Source of the DNA: Octopus sinensis
Taxonomy: Eukaryota
Length of the DNA stretch: 64,000 nt
Assembly (NCBI RefSeq): GCF_006345805.1
Contig: NC_043022.1
Location: forward strand, 6,138,001-6,202,000
Reading direction: 5' to 3'
Shown here in pieces: positions 41,102 to 53,977 of the stretch (position 1 is the first letter of the stretch; the number at the start of each line of letters is the position of its first letter). A program made the translations under genes and the position numbers. The notes beneath the pieces were generated by a model, which was not told the DNA's origin, did no database searches, and saw nothing but the letters and a program-made list of their open reading frames with translations.

Positions 41102-41248
41102 ATGATTCCCAAGAACAAACCTTGTCAGAATGATGCTTATGTTGGACGTAAATGGCAGTCTCAGAGAAAAGCTGCCAGGCACACGATATCATCCTTCATC
41201 GAACTGCACAAGAGGAATTATGAAAGCGTATTGAGCGAGTTTTTAAAA
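41102..41248 (+). CDS. Candidate alternative first coding exon (MIPKNKPCQNDAYVGRKWQSQRKAARHTISSFIELHKRNYESVLSEFLK)
   Basis: ATG-initiated, non-repetitive 49-codon frame ending at aaa|gtcagc in phase 0, compatible with the 43290 exon. No recognisable homology. Confidence 0.35.
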
Positions 41249-41446
41249 GTCAGCATTTCTTTATTTATTTGTATATTGTTAATTTCTTAATTTGTTTTGA
41301 CTGTTATTTTGTTTTGTTTTCTTGATATGATTTTAATTTCAATATATATATTTACATATATATATATATATCACCATGTTGATTCGCTAGCTTCTGCACG
41401 CATTTTTTTTCTCTCCTTGTTTCTTTCTGTGTTTCTTTTCTGTGTA

Positions 41447-41484
41447 TCTTTCTGCTGAAGAGCGTAGGCTCGAAACGTAAAAGA
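41447..41484 (+). ncRNA. Hammerhead-like motif (atypical 8-nt core, ACGU palindromic stem III)
   Basis: tcttt-ctgctgaa-gagc.gtag.gctc-GAAA-cg-TA-aaaga. A decayed relative lies at about 45048-45086. Confidence 0.5.
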
Positions 41485-41581
41485 CTTGTTTTATTTATAT
41501 TCCTGAGCGCCATACTAATACAATTGTTTGTTTATATTCCACCTGCCTTCGTCTTTTGTCTATTTTCATAAAGCTTCCCAT

Positions 41582-41635
<54 letters not shown>

Positions 41636-41733
41636 ATATATATAGGGGGAGTTTACGAAAAAAACAAAAGACGAAGGCAGGTGGTGTACAAAACAAACAG
41701 ATGTATTAGTATAACGCTCAGGAATAGAAAAAG

Positions 41734-41777
<44 letters not shown>

Positions 41778-41870
41778 GGAGTTTACGAAAAAAACAAAAG
41801 ACGAAGGCAGGTGGTGTACAAAACAAACAGATGTATTAGTATAACGCTCAGGAATAGAAAAAGTCTTTTA
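41478..41870. mobile_element. Penelope-like terminal (pLTR) fragments: one forward and two inverted tandem copies separated by (TA)n
   Basis: 41478-41580 is the diverged reverse complement of 41643-41740 and 41773-41870. It is adjacent to a hammerhead-like motif. The PLE identity is inferred. Confidence 0.55.
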
Positions 41871-42404
41871 TATATATATATATATATATAAATGTATATG
41901 AGAAAGAAGGGTGTGCTGGTAAACAAATTAGAAATGATAAATATATCGAATATATTAAATCTGGTATATTTGATATGTTAGTTGCGTCTGATTTGTTCAC
42001 CCCCATAATTGCTTCTATATCCCCTTAACCTGATCCCTCTTATAGCCGTTCTTTACCCTGTGGAATCGATCTCTTGTTAAGACATCGGAGTCTAAGTTTG
42101 AATGTTTTAAGCACTACTAAGTGTTGTCCTTTTAGAGAATCTCTGGATCTCATCTCTGAGCTATATATATATATCCTGGTGCAGCCTTCTGGCTTCCCAG
42201 ATCCCCAGTCGAACCGTCCAACCCATGCTAGCATGGAGAACAGACATTAAACGATGATGATGATGATGATATATATATATATATATCCTGGTGCAGCCTT
42301 CTGGCTTCCCAGATCCCCAGTCGAACCATCCAACCCATGCTAGCATGGAGAATGGACGTTAAACGATGATGATGATGATGATGATGATATATACATGTGT
42401 GTGT

Positions 42405-42447
42405 GTCTGATGATGGCTTAGCTGGCTAAAACTTCAAAGTCACTGTC
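42405..42447 (+). ncRNA. Degenerate hammerhead motif
   Basis: CTGATGA-t-ggc...gct-AAAA-ctt.ca.aag-TC-ac. The 5' strand of stem I is largely replaced by (GT)n. Confidence 0.35.
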
Positions 42448-42810
42448 AACAATATTCTTGTTTAAGATTAATAAATTTGTCCTCTACAAAATTATAGAGT
42501 GACCCATCAGATTAATGTAAAATTGTTTTTATTAAAACGGAACATAAACACACACACACCTTATGTGTGTAAATTGTTATCAAAGCAAACAAATGGAGGA
42601 ATAGAAGAAACGGAAGCTGGGAATGCATAGAAAATATATTGGAATTAACCAGAATTTAAATTTTATTTTCATATTTCTGTCTATTTGTCATCACAAAATT
42701 ACCCAACTCTTTGTTCCTGGAAACTACATTGATCGTGTATATATATATTTGTATATGCAAGCATGTTTGCATACATAGACACACAAGCACATATATATAT
42801 ATGTGTATAT

Positions 42811-43042
42811 AAGGCGGTGAGCTGGTAGAAACGTTAGCACGCCGGGCGAAATTCGTAGCCGTATTTCGTCTGTCGTTACGTTCCGAGTTCAAATTCCGCC
42901 GAGGTCGACTTTGCCTTCCATCTTTTCGGGGTCGATAAATTAAGTACCAGTTACGCACTGGGATCGATGTAGTCGACTTAATCCCTTTGTCTGTCCGTGT
43001 TTGTCCCCCCTGTGTTTAGCCCCTTGTGGGTAGTAAAGAAAT
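42811..43042 (+). mobile_element. tRNA-derived SINE family B (other copies 37885-38126, 46948-47182, 5410-6125 x3, 6986-7468-, 37197-37670 x2, 50153-50310, 63498-63670)
   Basis: Head ggcggtgagctggtagaaacgttagc...gagttcaaattcc. The core ctttgcctttcatcctttcggggtcgataaattaagtaccag resembles the widespread Meta-type SINE core. Confidence 0.88.
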
Positions 43043-43289
43043 ACATATATATATATATGTGTATGTGTGTGTGTATAATATATATATATAAATTAGAGAA
43101 AACCCACTATTATGTAATTCAGTTTATATATTTTATATATTTATATTGTGAAATTTGATTTAATACTAAATTGAATTTTTCCCTATAAGTTTGGAGTTAT
43201 ACTCCTTAATATTATTATTATTATATATATATATAAATATATATATACATATCATATATTATGTAAAATCTATTTTGTTTCTGCTGCAG

Positions 43290-43484
43290 AGGGCATCCAA
43301 CAACAACACGCCAACATCCAACAGCTCCAACCATATCTCCAGTGGAGCCGGTAACAAAGTCCAGTCTCCGTCACTCGGAGACATGTCTCACACATCCAAC
43401 AACAGCAACTGCTCTAGTATTAGCAGTAGCAGTAGCAGTAACAACATGCCGGTTCCAGACAACCAAAAATCCAGAAAAGAAGGG
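43290..43484 (+). CDS. Coding exon: Ser/Asn-rich low-complexity linker (RASNNNTPTS...DNQKSRKEG)
   Basis: Acceptor ttttgtttctgctgcag, donor ggg|gtaagt, 195 nt, phase 0/0, open frame, GC-richer than flanks. Confidence 0.85.
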
Positions 43485-44349
43485 GTAAGTACCACCACAA
43501 CACTGTTGATCTTCGTTGCATTTATCACGTACGTCTCTCTTAAGTCTTGGAAATCCGATTCCATGACTGAACCAATGGTGGTGGTGGGGGGGGGTTCTTT
43601 TTTATCACAGTAAAAAAAAAAGACAAATATTAAACAGGATGTTTGAAATCAATTCTTAAATCTCCATCAAACAACAACTACAGCAACAACAACAACAACA
43701 ACCAAAGTTTGGGATTGGTTTTAAACAAAGTTTTAATTTAAAGTGTTGAGTGGAGTGGATGAGTGTGGTTGGAGGGGAGGTGGAGGGGGGCGTCACAAGA
43801 AACCCAACAATAAATTGTCTGTTTGATTTGGCGGGAGGGGGGGTAATTTTTTTTCTTGTTTTTTTTTTTTGCTGGATTTTCCACACAAAAGAATTACCAT
43901 CTCGTTTGTGATGTTATTAACTGTTGACGAAGAACAATTGTAATCATCACAAATATGACGTATAAATATAAAGAAGCACATATTTGTATATACGTGTGTG
44001 CACGCAAGAGGGAAAGCACACACACACACACACACACATATACATACACACACACACACACACAAGGTGTTAGGGTTAAATTTGACCGTTTGCATGAAAG
44101 AAAAGAAACCAACATCCCATCCCAAAATGTAAATCAGTTTTTAAAGAATCATAAAATATCAACTAGATTATGGTTGGGAGGTCACTTAGCGGCTCAGCAA
44201 AAGAGGCCGATAGTATAAGTACTGGGCTTACAAAAGAATAAGTCCCGGGGTCGAGTTGCTCAACTAAAGGCGGTGCTCCAGCATGGCCACAGTCAAATGA
44301 CTGAAACAAGTAAAAGAGAAAAGAGTAATTTGCTCAAAGTACCCCCCCC

Positions 44350-44930
44350 CCACTCCTCAGCTTCCACTGTGGACTCAAGATGGCTTTGGAGCCCTGGTGC
44401 ATGCATTCTTCATTGTTTCACTGGGAAGGTCTTTGAATTCTATTTAGTCTTGGCCTCCAGCTTGGCCATGCTATTCTAATCAGATCTGTTGGTGTCTTTC
44501 TCAACCATGCCCCACACAATTGAGGCAATCAGGTGGTCAGAAATTGGGACTGACCACCACTTCTAACTTTTTCTGGAAGTACGGCAAGGAGCTGAATCTT
44601 GCCGCCATGCATTTAGCCTTCCAGCAGCAACCCTCTCCAGCCATCTGGATTTAGCTTGAGGACTTGTTCAAGGACGTGGGGGACAAATTCTGGTGTGTGG
44701 TCATAGTTGGAATGCCTACTGTGTCCCTTCCTGCTGGCCACAGCTTCGTAGTCCCATCTTAGAATCTTTTCAGTGCATTGAGCGGCAGTCATGATGTTCG
44801 TCTTCTGATACCTGCAACAAATCATTATGATACAGGTGACTCTTTTCCAATACTCAGAGGATCTCCAGTCCTCCATGTCAGCTAACTTTCTCTCAACTAC
44901 AACTTTGATCTTGATGCTCTCCAACACCAT
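44350..44930 (-). mobile_element. Degraded Tc1/mariner (maT/DD37D-like) transposase remnant
   Basis: Frameshifted minus-strand peptides WLERVAAGR..WRQDSAPCRTSRK, VWGMVEKDTN and ETMKNACTR..SHLESTVEAE. Confidence 0.75.
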
Positions 44931-45172
44931 TGACTGTTCACCCATACATCAAGCTGTTCCCGACAAAAAAAGATGTAAAAAGACATCAAATTTAGCCCAA
45001 ATCCCCTGTATTTTCTTTTCATTCTCTCTCTCCATTTTTCCTCTCGATCTTTCTTGTCAAAGAGCATAGGCTCAAAACATCGAACACTTTTCCATTCTTC
45101 CTGAGCATCAAATTATTAAACCTGCTTGTTGTTCCTTCACCTATCTTCATCTTTTGTTTTCTGTAAATTTGA

Positions 45173-45199
<27 letters not shown>

Positions 45200-45207
<8 letters not shown>

Positions 45208-45458
45208 CTGATGCTGGTGTGTCTACGTCCCCATAACTAAGCAATTCAGCAAAATAGATCGATAGAATAAGTACTAGGCTTACAAAGAATATGTTTTGGG
45301 GTTCGATTTGTTCAACTAAAGGCAGTGCTATATATAACTGATGCTGGTGTGTCTACGTCCCCATAACTAAGCAATTCAGCAAAAGAGATCGATAGAATAA
45401 GTACTAGGCTTACAAAGAATATGTTTTGGGGTTCGACTTGTTCAACTAAAGGCAGTGC
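45200..45458. repeat. 130-bp tandem duplication of a SINE 3' half
   Basis: aactgatgctggtgtgtctacg...aaaggcagtgct occurs twice. Confidence 0.9.
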
Positions 45459-45714
45459 TCCAGCATGGCAGCAGTCAAATGACTAAAACAAATAAAAGAG
45501 TAAAGAGTATATATCTATATATGTATAAAGACCAGTGCTAAATCTATTTTCCATTTCCTTCATCAATTATTATCTCAACTAACCCTGTGGAATTGCTGAT
45601 AGATCCTGAGGAAATATATCCCAACTGTGAATGACACCAGGTAGCCCCAAACTGTGGATGAGCTTTACTCAACACACTAATTGACATATACCCATTAGTC
45701 CCCCAAAATTACCC

Positions 45715-45899
45715 ATGTATATATATATGTGTGTGTGTATATATATATATATATATGTGTGTGTGTATATATATATGTGTGTGTGTATATATATGTGTGT
45801 GTGTATATATATATGTGTGTGTGTATATATGTGTGTGTATATATATATATGTGTGTATGTATATATATATATGTGTGTATATATATATGTGCGTATATA

Positions 45900-45942
<43 letters not shown>

Positions 45943-46445
45943 ATATATTTATATGTGTATATATATATGTGTGTGTATATATATACATGTGTGTATATAT
46001 GTGTGTGTATGTATATATATATGTGTATGTATATATATGTATATATATATATGTGTGTATATATGTGTGTATATATATATGTGTGTATATATGTGTGTAT
46101 ATATATATGTGTATATATATATATGTGTGTATATATATATGTGTATATATATGTGTATATATATATGTATATATGTGTATATATATATGTATATATGTAT
46201 GTATGTATATATATGTTTATATATATATATATATATATATGTCTATATATATGTGTGTGTATATATATATATATGTATATATATGTATATACGTGTATGT
46301 ATATATATATGTATGTATATATATACGTGTATGTATATATGTATATATATATATATATATGTATATATATGCATGTATATATATATACGTGTATGTATAT
46401 ATGTATATATATATATATATAGATATACCACACACACACACATAG
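45715..46445. repeat. Compound (TA)n/(TG)n microsatellite
   Basis: Read directly from the sequence. Confidence 0.97.
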
Positions 46446-47342
46446 ATGCATGGAAATAGCTACACTTGAAGCAAAAGTAGTATATATATTTGTACGTATG
46501 TATGCATATATATTTACGCACACACACATACACACATTCATGCACATATACATATTCACACATGCACGTGCACACACGCCATTCCGTTTATATTCAGTGT
46601 CAAGATTAAGTAGAAACTATAGATGTCAGTGTAAAAAATAACAAACAAAAGAAGAAGAAAAAATGTGCGAAACTCTTATAAAAAAGCCGTCCCTTCTGCG
46701 AGCGAAACAATTGGATTGAAGGCAGCTGGTGATGGTCATGGTGATGGTGTGTGTGTGTGTTGGCAAATAGTAAATCCAAGACGTCGTCCGAGTTGGAAAG
46801 AATATTTCATTGCGAGAAAGAAAAAGCTTGTCGTTTCGGTCAGAACTCTTTAATTGGAAAAAGATTCAGGTAACATTAGACCTGTTAATTATCATTATTA
46901 TTATTATCCTCCTCCTCATCATCATCATCATCATCATTATTATTATTAAGGTGGCAAGCTGACAGAATCGTTAGCACGCCGGGCGAAATGCTTAGCGGTA
47001 TTTCGTCTGCGTTACGTTGTGAGTTCAAATTCCACCGAGGTCGACTTTGCCTTTCATCCTTTTGAGGTTGATAAATTAAGTACCAGTAACGCACTGGGGT
47101 CGATGTAATCGACTTAATACCTATGTCTGTCCTTGTTTGTCCTCTCTGTGTTTAGCCCCTTGTGGGTTATAAAGAAATAGGTATTTCGTCTTTACGGTCT
47201 GCAGTCATATTCCGCGGAGGTTGACTTTGCCTTTCATCCTTTCGGGAGTCAATAAATTAAGTACCAATGAAAAACTGGGGTCGATCTAATCAACCAATCC
47301 CTTCCCACACAAATTTCAGGCTTTGTACCTATAGTAGAAAGG

Positions 47343-47343
47343 G

Positions 47344-47429
<86 letters not shown>

Positions 47430-47431
47430 GG

Positions 47432-47479
<48 letters not shown>

Positions 47480-47497
47480 GTTGTTGTTGTTGTTGTT
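47343..47497. repeat. (TGC)n/(TGT)n trinucleotide tract
   Basis: Read directly; it is a SINE tail context and not coding. Confidence 0.95.
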
Positions 47498-50400
47498 TTT
47501 ACTAAGGTGGCAAACTGGCAGAATTGTTTGCGGCATTTTGTCTGTATTTACTTCTTTAGTTTAAATTTCACTGAGGTCAATTTCGCCTTTCGTCCCTTTT
47601 TCCATTCTTCCCGAGCATCATATTATTAAACCTGCTTGTTGTTCCTTCACCTATCTTCATCTTTTGTTTTCTGTAAATTCTATTCTTATTCTATCGATCT
47701 ATTTTGCTGAATTGCTTAGTTATGGGGACGTAGACACACCAGCATCAGTTGATAAAACAAGTACCAATTACACACTGGGGTCAATGTAATCAACTTACCA
47801 GCTCCCTGGGCTTGTGCCAAAATTTGGAACCATTATTAGGCCCTTCTCAAGGCAAATTAATTTATTCTTGTTTGTCACAAAGTTGAAGTTAGATTTGGTA
47901 TTTAGTCTGTAGAAAGCCAGAAAAAGGTGGAACAATGTTAGTAGGTCCCTTTTCTTCACAAGTACTGCTCCCTTGGATCTTGGACTAGGGCCCCACTGAT
48001 TGTGTTTGGAGATGGGAAGTGCAGTTGACAGCAAACCAACCTCCTGTAATAGTTCTGAATTCTAGCAAAGAAGTATTGGATTGGAACTAAAACCATTATT
48101 CCAGCCTTAGTCTTTGATGAACTAAAAGTGGGTTTCAAAATCTAATTTTCTTTAATGCTTCCAATTTTGGTGGAGTAAAATTGACAAGCTGTACCTGGGC
48201 CTGAAAAATATAAAAAATATTTCCTCTCACAACAATTGACTGTCTCTAATGCTCAGGTGAGGTTTACAATGGAGGACTGCTCCCATTTTGAGGTTGGTAT
48301 TGAGACATTATTACTCAAATATCTTAGAGCAGCAGACCCCAACCCTTTTTGGGCCCCACAGACCAGTTTCATGCCAGACAATTCTTCCACAGAGCATGGA
48401 TCATGCACATTACAAAACACAATTAAGTGCAAAATATGTAATTATTATGTATAGGGTACACATCACGTAATGACATGATTAACCACACTATTGGATGTTG
48501 TGATACATCACTAGTCACAATGCGCTTTGCATTGTTTTAGCTTTCAAATGGTGCCATCCTGCTGGGCTGGTGAGCAGGCCAACATTTCCCCTAATAGGAA
48601 GGTTGGTCTGTTACAGGGTCATCCAAACCCTTTTACGGATGACTGAACTGCATCATCATCATCATCATCATCATCGTTTAACATCCATCTTCCGTTCATG
48701 CCTGAGTAGGAGCCAGCCAGGTAGAAAAACTACCCTAGGCTACTGTGTCTGTTTTAGCAGGGATTTTACGGATGGATGCCCTTCCTAGAAACCAACCGCT
48801 CCACAGAAAACCCAATGCACTGCCTCCTGGTCCAGGAATTGAACCCATGGTCTAGTAACCACAAGTGCAATACCAGGCCATAATGCAAAAATACCTGCAG
48901 ACTGCAATTGACAATGAAAATAGAGATAAAATTTTCAAAGTTTACTGTTTCTATGTGGCCTGGTATCAAATTCTCCATGGCTTCATGTTTTGGGTCCCCT
49001 GTCGCAGGCCACATCTAAAGAAAGGCTACTCCCAACCTCAGCTAACACTCACAAACATACTCCTGCCTCTGGCCCACAGGCACACCGTCTCCCCTCTCTG
49101 CCTTTTTCACTGATACTACATAAATGGCCTCTGCTCTTTGAAAGCCTTTAAACAACAATAAACAGCCCCTTTTGTCTACCAGTTCCTTCAATCATCTCAG
49201 CTGAACGAGGCTTTACCACTTTCTGCCGTATACGCGGGACCCTTCCATATTTATATGCACCTATTATTATTCATACAAATTTCACTTTCAACTCCTTTTA
49301 TATTTCCTTGTATTATATTCACCTGTTTAGTCAAAGCACTCCTTCTATTATTATTCCTCATTTTCTTTAGAATTTAAGCCAAGTAAGACAGGTGTGGTGC
49401 TTGTTTGGCTGCGTAGGTTTGGCTCTCTTAAAATGCTGGTCATCAGCCTGGGATGCACAGAATGTGTGTGTGTGTGTGTGTGTGTGCATACCAGTGAGTC
49501 TTTGTTGTTCTATTTCCTATTTGTCTATCTAAACAATGTGTGTGCATATGTCTATATATATATATATGTAAGGTGTACTAGCCATCTGAATGTGGCTAGC
49601 CACTGGGGGTGGGGTGTTACTGATGCTTTTAGCCCCAGGCGATCAACGTCACCAGATGGACTTTAGACACAATCTCAGTGCCCTTGTGTTATTTGCAAAT
49701 ATATATATATATATACATATATATGTGCATTTGTATAGAGATATCCGTATGGCTCTGTCTTCTGACTGTCATACACGTAACACAAAAGTAACCCTGCAAC
49801 AAGCAGGGGCTCCTCTTCCTGTTTTTCGAAATGAATTTCTCTCAGGGTCTGGAAGTGAGGACATTAACGAGACCCCTCCCTCTCTCTGCCCCTCCCCTCA
49901 TACGTAGACCCTTGCTGCAGTTTTAATTGATCATCTCAGATCTGTAATGTTTTCGACTCCTTCTTTGTTTACTACATCACAGTGACCCCTATGTGTGTGT
50001 GTGTGTGTGTGTGTTAATATGTCACCAGTAAATATTTAGAATTTTCAAGACTGGAAAGTGGGTAATGGGGGGAATCTCCCTTCCTTACATCTGCAAGGGG
50101 GTTCAATTAAGAGCTAACTTTGCTGTTTATGTTTAGTAGTTTATATACGATCAGAGTTCAAATTCCGCCGAGGTCGACTTTGCCTTTCATCCTTTCGGGG
50201 TCGATAAATTAAATACCAGTTCCGCACTGGTGTCGATGTAATCGACTTAATCCCTTTGTCTGTCCTTGTTTGTCCCCTCTATGTTTAGCCCCTTGTGGGT
50301 AGTGAAGAAATATATATATATATATATTTATATATATTTATATGCGCGCATGTGTGTGTGTGTGTGTGTTTTACCTTTTATTGTATTTGGGCATAACAAT

Positions 50401-52949
50401 TTTAATTTTGAAAAAAATGTTCCAGACTTTTGGCCACAGTTGTGTGCAAGTGTATGAATGTATGTATAGCCTGGCATTGTCCTCTGGCCCAACAGCATAG
50501 AAAGCCACGTTAAACTATGATATATAATATGTATGTATGTGTGTGTATAAAGTCAACACAGTGTGTTATTAACAAAAAGGAGTGTCAACCTAGTTTATGA
50601 GACACTGGGGTGGGCAAAGAGAAGTGATTGACTGCATGTGTTTGTGTGGGTGTAAGAAAAAAGACACTGCAGTTTCTGGTTGTATATATATATACGTGAC
50701 CATACGGGCATTTAATTTATACACACACACACACACACACATTCTAAGCCATAGATGAAATAGTTTCATTAATTGTATATCCTGGATTTCAGCTGCATAG
50801 AATTCTGCATTGTACACTTCTGTGTTGGATTACTGCTATGTGATCTGATAGCCAGGTTCACTAGAAGAGCTTTCTGAGATTGCCATATGATTCTATGAAT
50901 CTGTAAATTTATTTATAGATAATGTGGCTGTGTGTTTGTGTGCTTATATTTCACTCACTGTGCCTCACCCATTAAATTCTTCCAATAGGTCATAACGTTA
51001 TTAAAACGGATCTGTGATAAAAATTTTGTTGTTGATAAAAGAAATATTGGTTTCCAGTGTTTTAACAGTTGTGGAATTTCTCCGGTATTTATATCTACAC
51101 TCCTCTTTGATCAGTTTGGAATCCTGTCACCAAATGGTGTCTTATTCCAAGATGGACACTGGAAAAAAATTTCTAGAACATTTACTCTTTACTCTTACTC
51201 TTTTACTTGTTTCAGTCATTTGACTGCGGCCATGCTGGAGCCTCGCCTTTTAGTCGAGCAAATCAACCCCAGGACTTATTCTTTGTAAGCCCAGTACTTA
51301 TTCTATCAGTCTCTTTTGCCGAACCGCTAAGTGACAGGGACGTAAAAACACCAGCATCAGTTGTCAAGCAATGCTAGGGGGACAAACACAGGCACACACA
51401 CACACATACATATATATACATATATACGACAGGCTTCTTTCAGTTTCCGTCTGCCAAATCCACTCACAAGGCATTGGTCGGCCCGGGGCTATAGCAGAAG
51501 ACACTTGCCCAAGATGCCACGCAGTGGGACTGAACCCGGAACCATGTGGTTGGTTAGCAAGCTACTTACCACACAGCCACTCCTGCACCTACTTTCATAA
51601 TAAAAAACAAAAAGAATGCCTTGTGGTATTTAATGCCACCCTTTACAGTCCAAGTGAAAATCCTACCAAGGTTAGGTTTTTCCTTTGTCCGTTAGGGTCC
51701 CATAAAATGATGTCACTCCATTCAAGGGTTCTTGTGTCCTTTTGGAATTCTCAGCTAGGTTTCTTTTATCTTGTACTTGTTTCAGTCATTAGACTGTGGC
51801 CATGCTGGGGCACCAGCATAAAAAATTTTTAGTTGGACTTTTTTTTAAGCCTGGTACTTATGCTATCAGTCTCTTTTGCTGAACTGTTAAGTTATGAAGA
51901 CAAACACCCACACCAGTTGCACATATACATACGACAGGCTTCTTTCAGTTTCCATCTACCAAATCCACTCGCAAGACTTTGGTCAGCACGAAGCTATGGT
52001 AGAAGACACCGAAGATGCCATGCAATGGGACTGAACCCAGAACCATGTGGTTGGTAAGCAAACTACTCGACCACACAGCCACACTGATACCTACATACAC
52101 TCATTAAAATGTAGGTAATTCAATTAAGTAAACGACTGAATCTTTGTTGCCAAGCAACAGAGATCCACCATATTGATGAAGACGGTGGGACATAACTGGA
52201 TGTCGTGGCTCTTGAGTATAAGTGAATGAATGATACAGCAAAACATTGTGTTATCACTCTTTAATCTTGACTAACACACACACACACACACACACACACA
52301 TCATTTAATGACCCACTTGATGCTAATCTCTCCTCGTAAACTCTGTTGTCTCACTTCCTTTGTGGATGATAAGATGGAAGAGTCTCCTTTAGCTTGTTGT
52401 TACCAGTCTTCATTCTTTCAATGACAGAAACTTCATTAAAAGCACTTCACAACCCAGAAAAAATACTTCAACTCTGAACAATAAACATCACAGTTAAAGA
52501 TCTCTCCAACAACTTCTGCTGCTGCTGCTTACTTTTGTTGTGACAAACTGAAGCAGGGCTTGTATATAGTCACTCAACATCCCCGAAATAGCTGCCAAAA
52601 AAAACCCCTCAAATTATATCTTATCATCTTAAAAAGGAGAGGACCTGTATGCATGCAAGACATCCTTGATACCTAAGATCTTAAATAAAGACTGGACAGT
52701 CATGGCTGGATCCTTTTTCATTACAGTTTTGCCTGTCCAGTCACGTCTGACCCATGGCTAAGCAACAACAACAACTGTTTTAGCAAACACAGATGAATTG
52801 AGAAAGTGGTAGGCATGTCCACCCTCCAAGCATGTTTCTCTCTACCAAATCCAATTCATAGATACAAGTTCTAAGTAGCGACAAACTTGTTACTGCTGCA
52901 TATACACTCAATGTTTTGCTAACAACTTGCAGATGCAAGTGCTACCCAT

Positions 52950-53325
52950 CGAAAGCTCTGTATACTGGAAGCCAACAAGTGTATGGGGGTCATCAGGAGA
53001 GAATGTGCACCGTTTCGGGGCCTGCGACAGCATCCATTGCGCACCAGTCCTCCTCACTGAAATGAGTTCCCACCTGCTGTATCAACTGGTTATCAGATAA
53101 AGCTCAATATTCTTCTAGCCATCACTCATCGTCTCTTTTTAACCAAATCCAGTGGTTTGTCTTTTCCACTGTAAGTTGGACATCACTCAAGCTGGGATTT
53201 GTTTTATGATGAGTTTGGCCTAACAATAACAACATCTGCCTCACACTGTGTCCTACAAATCTTCTACATCCGACATCAATTGGAAAATGCTCCGCTTTCC
53301 AGCCTGCGTCCTCACATTCTGTCTA
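52950..53325 (-). mobile_element. HERO-like (restriction-like endonuclease) non-LTR retrotransposon 3' fragment
   Basis: Minus-strand peptides ECEDAGWKAEHFPIDVGCRRFVGHSVR and TVEKTNHWIWLKRDD match the RLE C-terminus pattern (GW...FP(I/V)EVGCRGF...W(L/I)WLKR). Confidence 0.75.
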
Positions 53326-53697
53326 CCAAATTCATTTCATAAATACAAATCAGAAGTTCTAAGCAGTGATGAGTACAAATATGAACTTGTTACTAGTCTG
53401 TATATGCTTGAGACATATTCGAACCTTTAAGAAAGCCATCTGGACTGGTCTGGTTTATTTACACCTATTTGTCCACAGCAAGAATTTTTATCCTGGGCAA
53501 AATGCAGCAAATGGCTTTCTTGTAGATTTGAATGTTGTTCAGCCATATTTGAACTGTTTACAAGTTTGTGTCTGCACACATCACTGCTTTGTGCTTCCAG
53601 TCCACATTTCATCTACAGTGAGCTGCTGAATAGCACAACCAGTCACTTATGGGAATATCGTAAGAGGGGCCTGTTTCTTATGTCAGTTCACAGTGTC

Positions 53698-53743
53698 TGC
53701 TGCTGATGAGGAGATAACCCCTCCAAAATGCAAGCATCCAACA
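53698..53743 (+). ncRNA. Degenerate hammerhead motif
   Basis: tgctg-CTGATGA-ggag.ataaccc.ctcc-AAAA-tgc.aa.gca-TC-caaca. G12 is replaced by A, consistent with CpG decay. Confidence 0.55.
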
Positions 53744-53756
53744 ACAGTCTGGTTAA

Positions 53757-53977
53757 CCCTTTTGTTACCAACCCGGCTGAAACCGGCTCTGGCTCTGTTG
53801 TACAAATGTCTTGTTTCCATAAGTTTTAAATTAAAATCTTCCACCAAACCTTAGTCACAATTTATGTCCCTAACACAAGCTGAATGGTAACTAAGTAATT
53901 TTACTAAATTCTTTGTTATATTTAAAGTAATTGAAACAAACACAGAACATCTCAAAATAAATACAGTAACGAAAGGG
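53757..53977. mobile_element. piggyBac-type MITE, second family (relatives at 3964-4183, ~32740-32950, ~33078-33592)
   Basis: TTAA|ccctttt gttac...gtaacgaaaggg|TTAA. Confidence 0.82.

Noticed and set aside
47249-47629. Poly-Cys and poly-Thr/Ala ORFs
   Set aside because: A trinucleotide tract between two SINEs, with no splice or homology support.
52985-53030. gaaac...ctgatga in the HERO-like 3' region as a permuted hammerhead
   Set aside because: I could not build the three required stems around the core.
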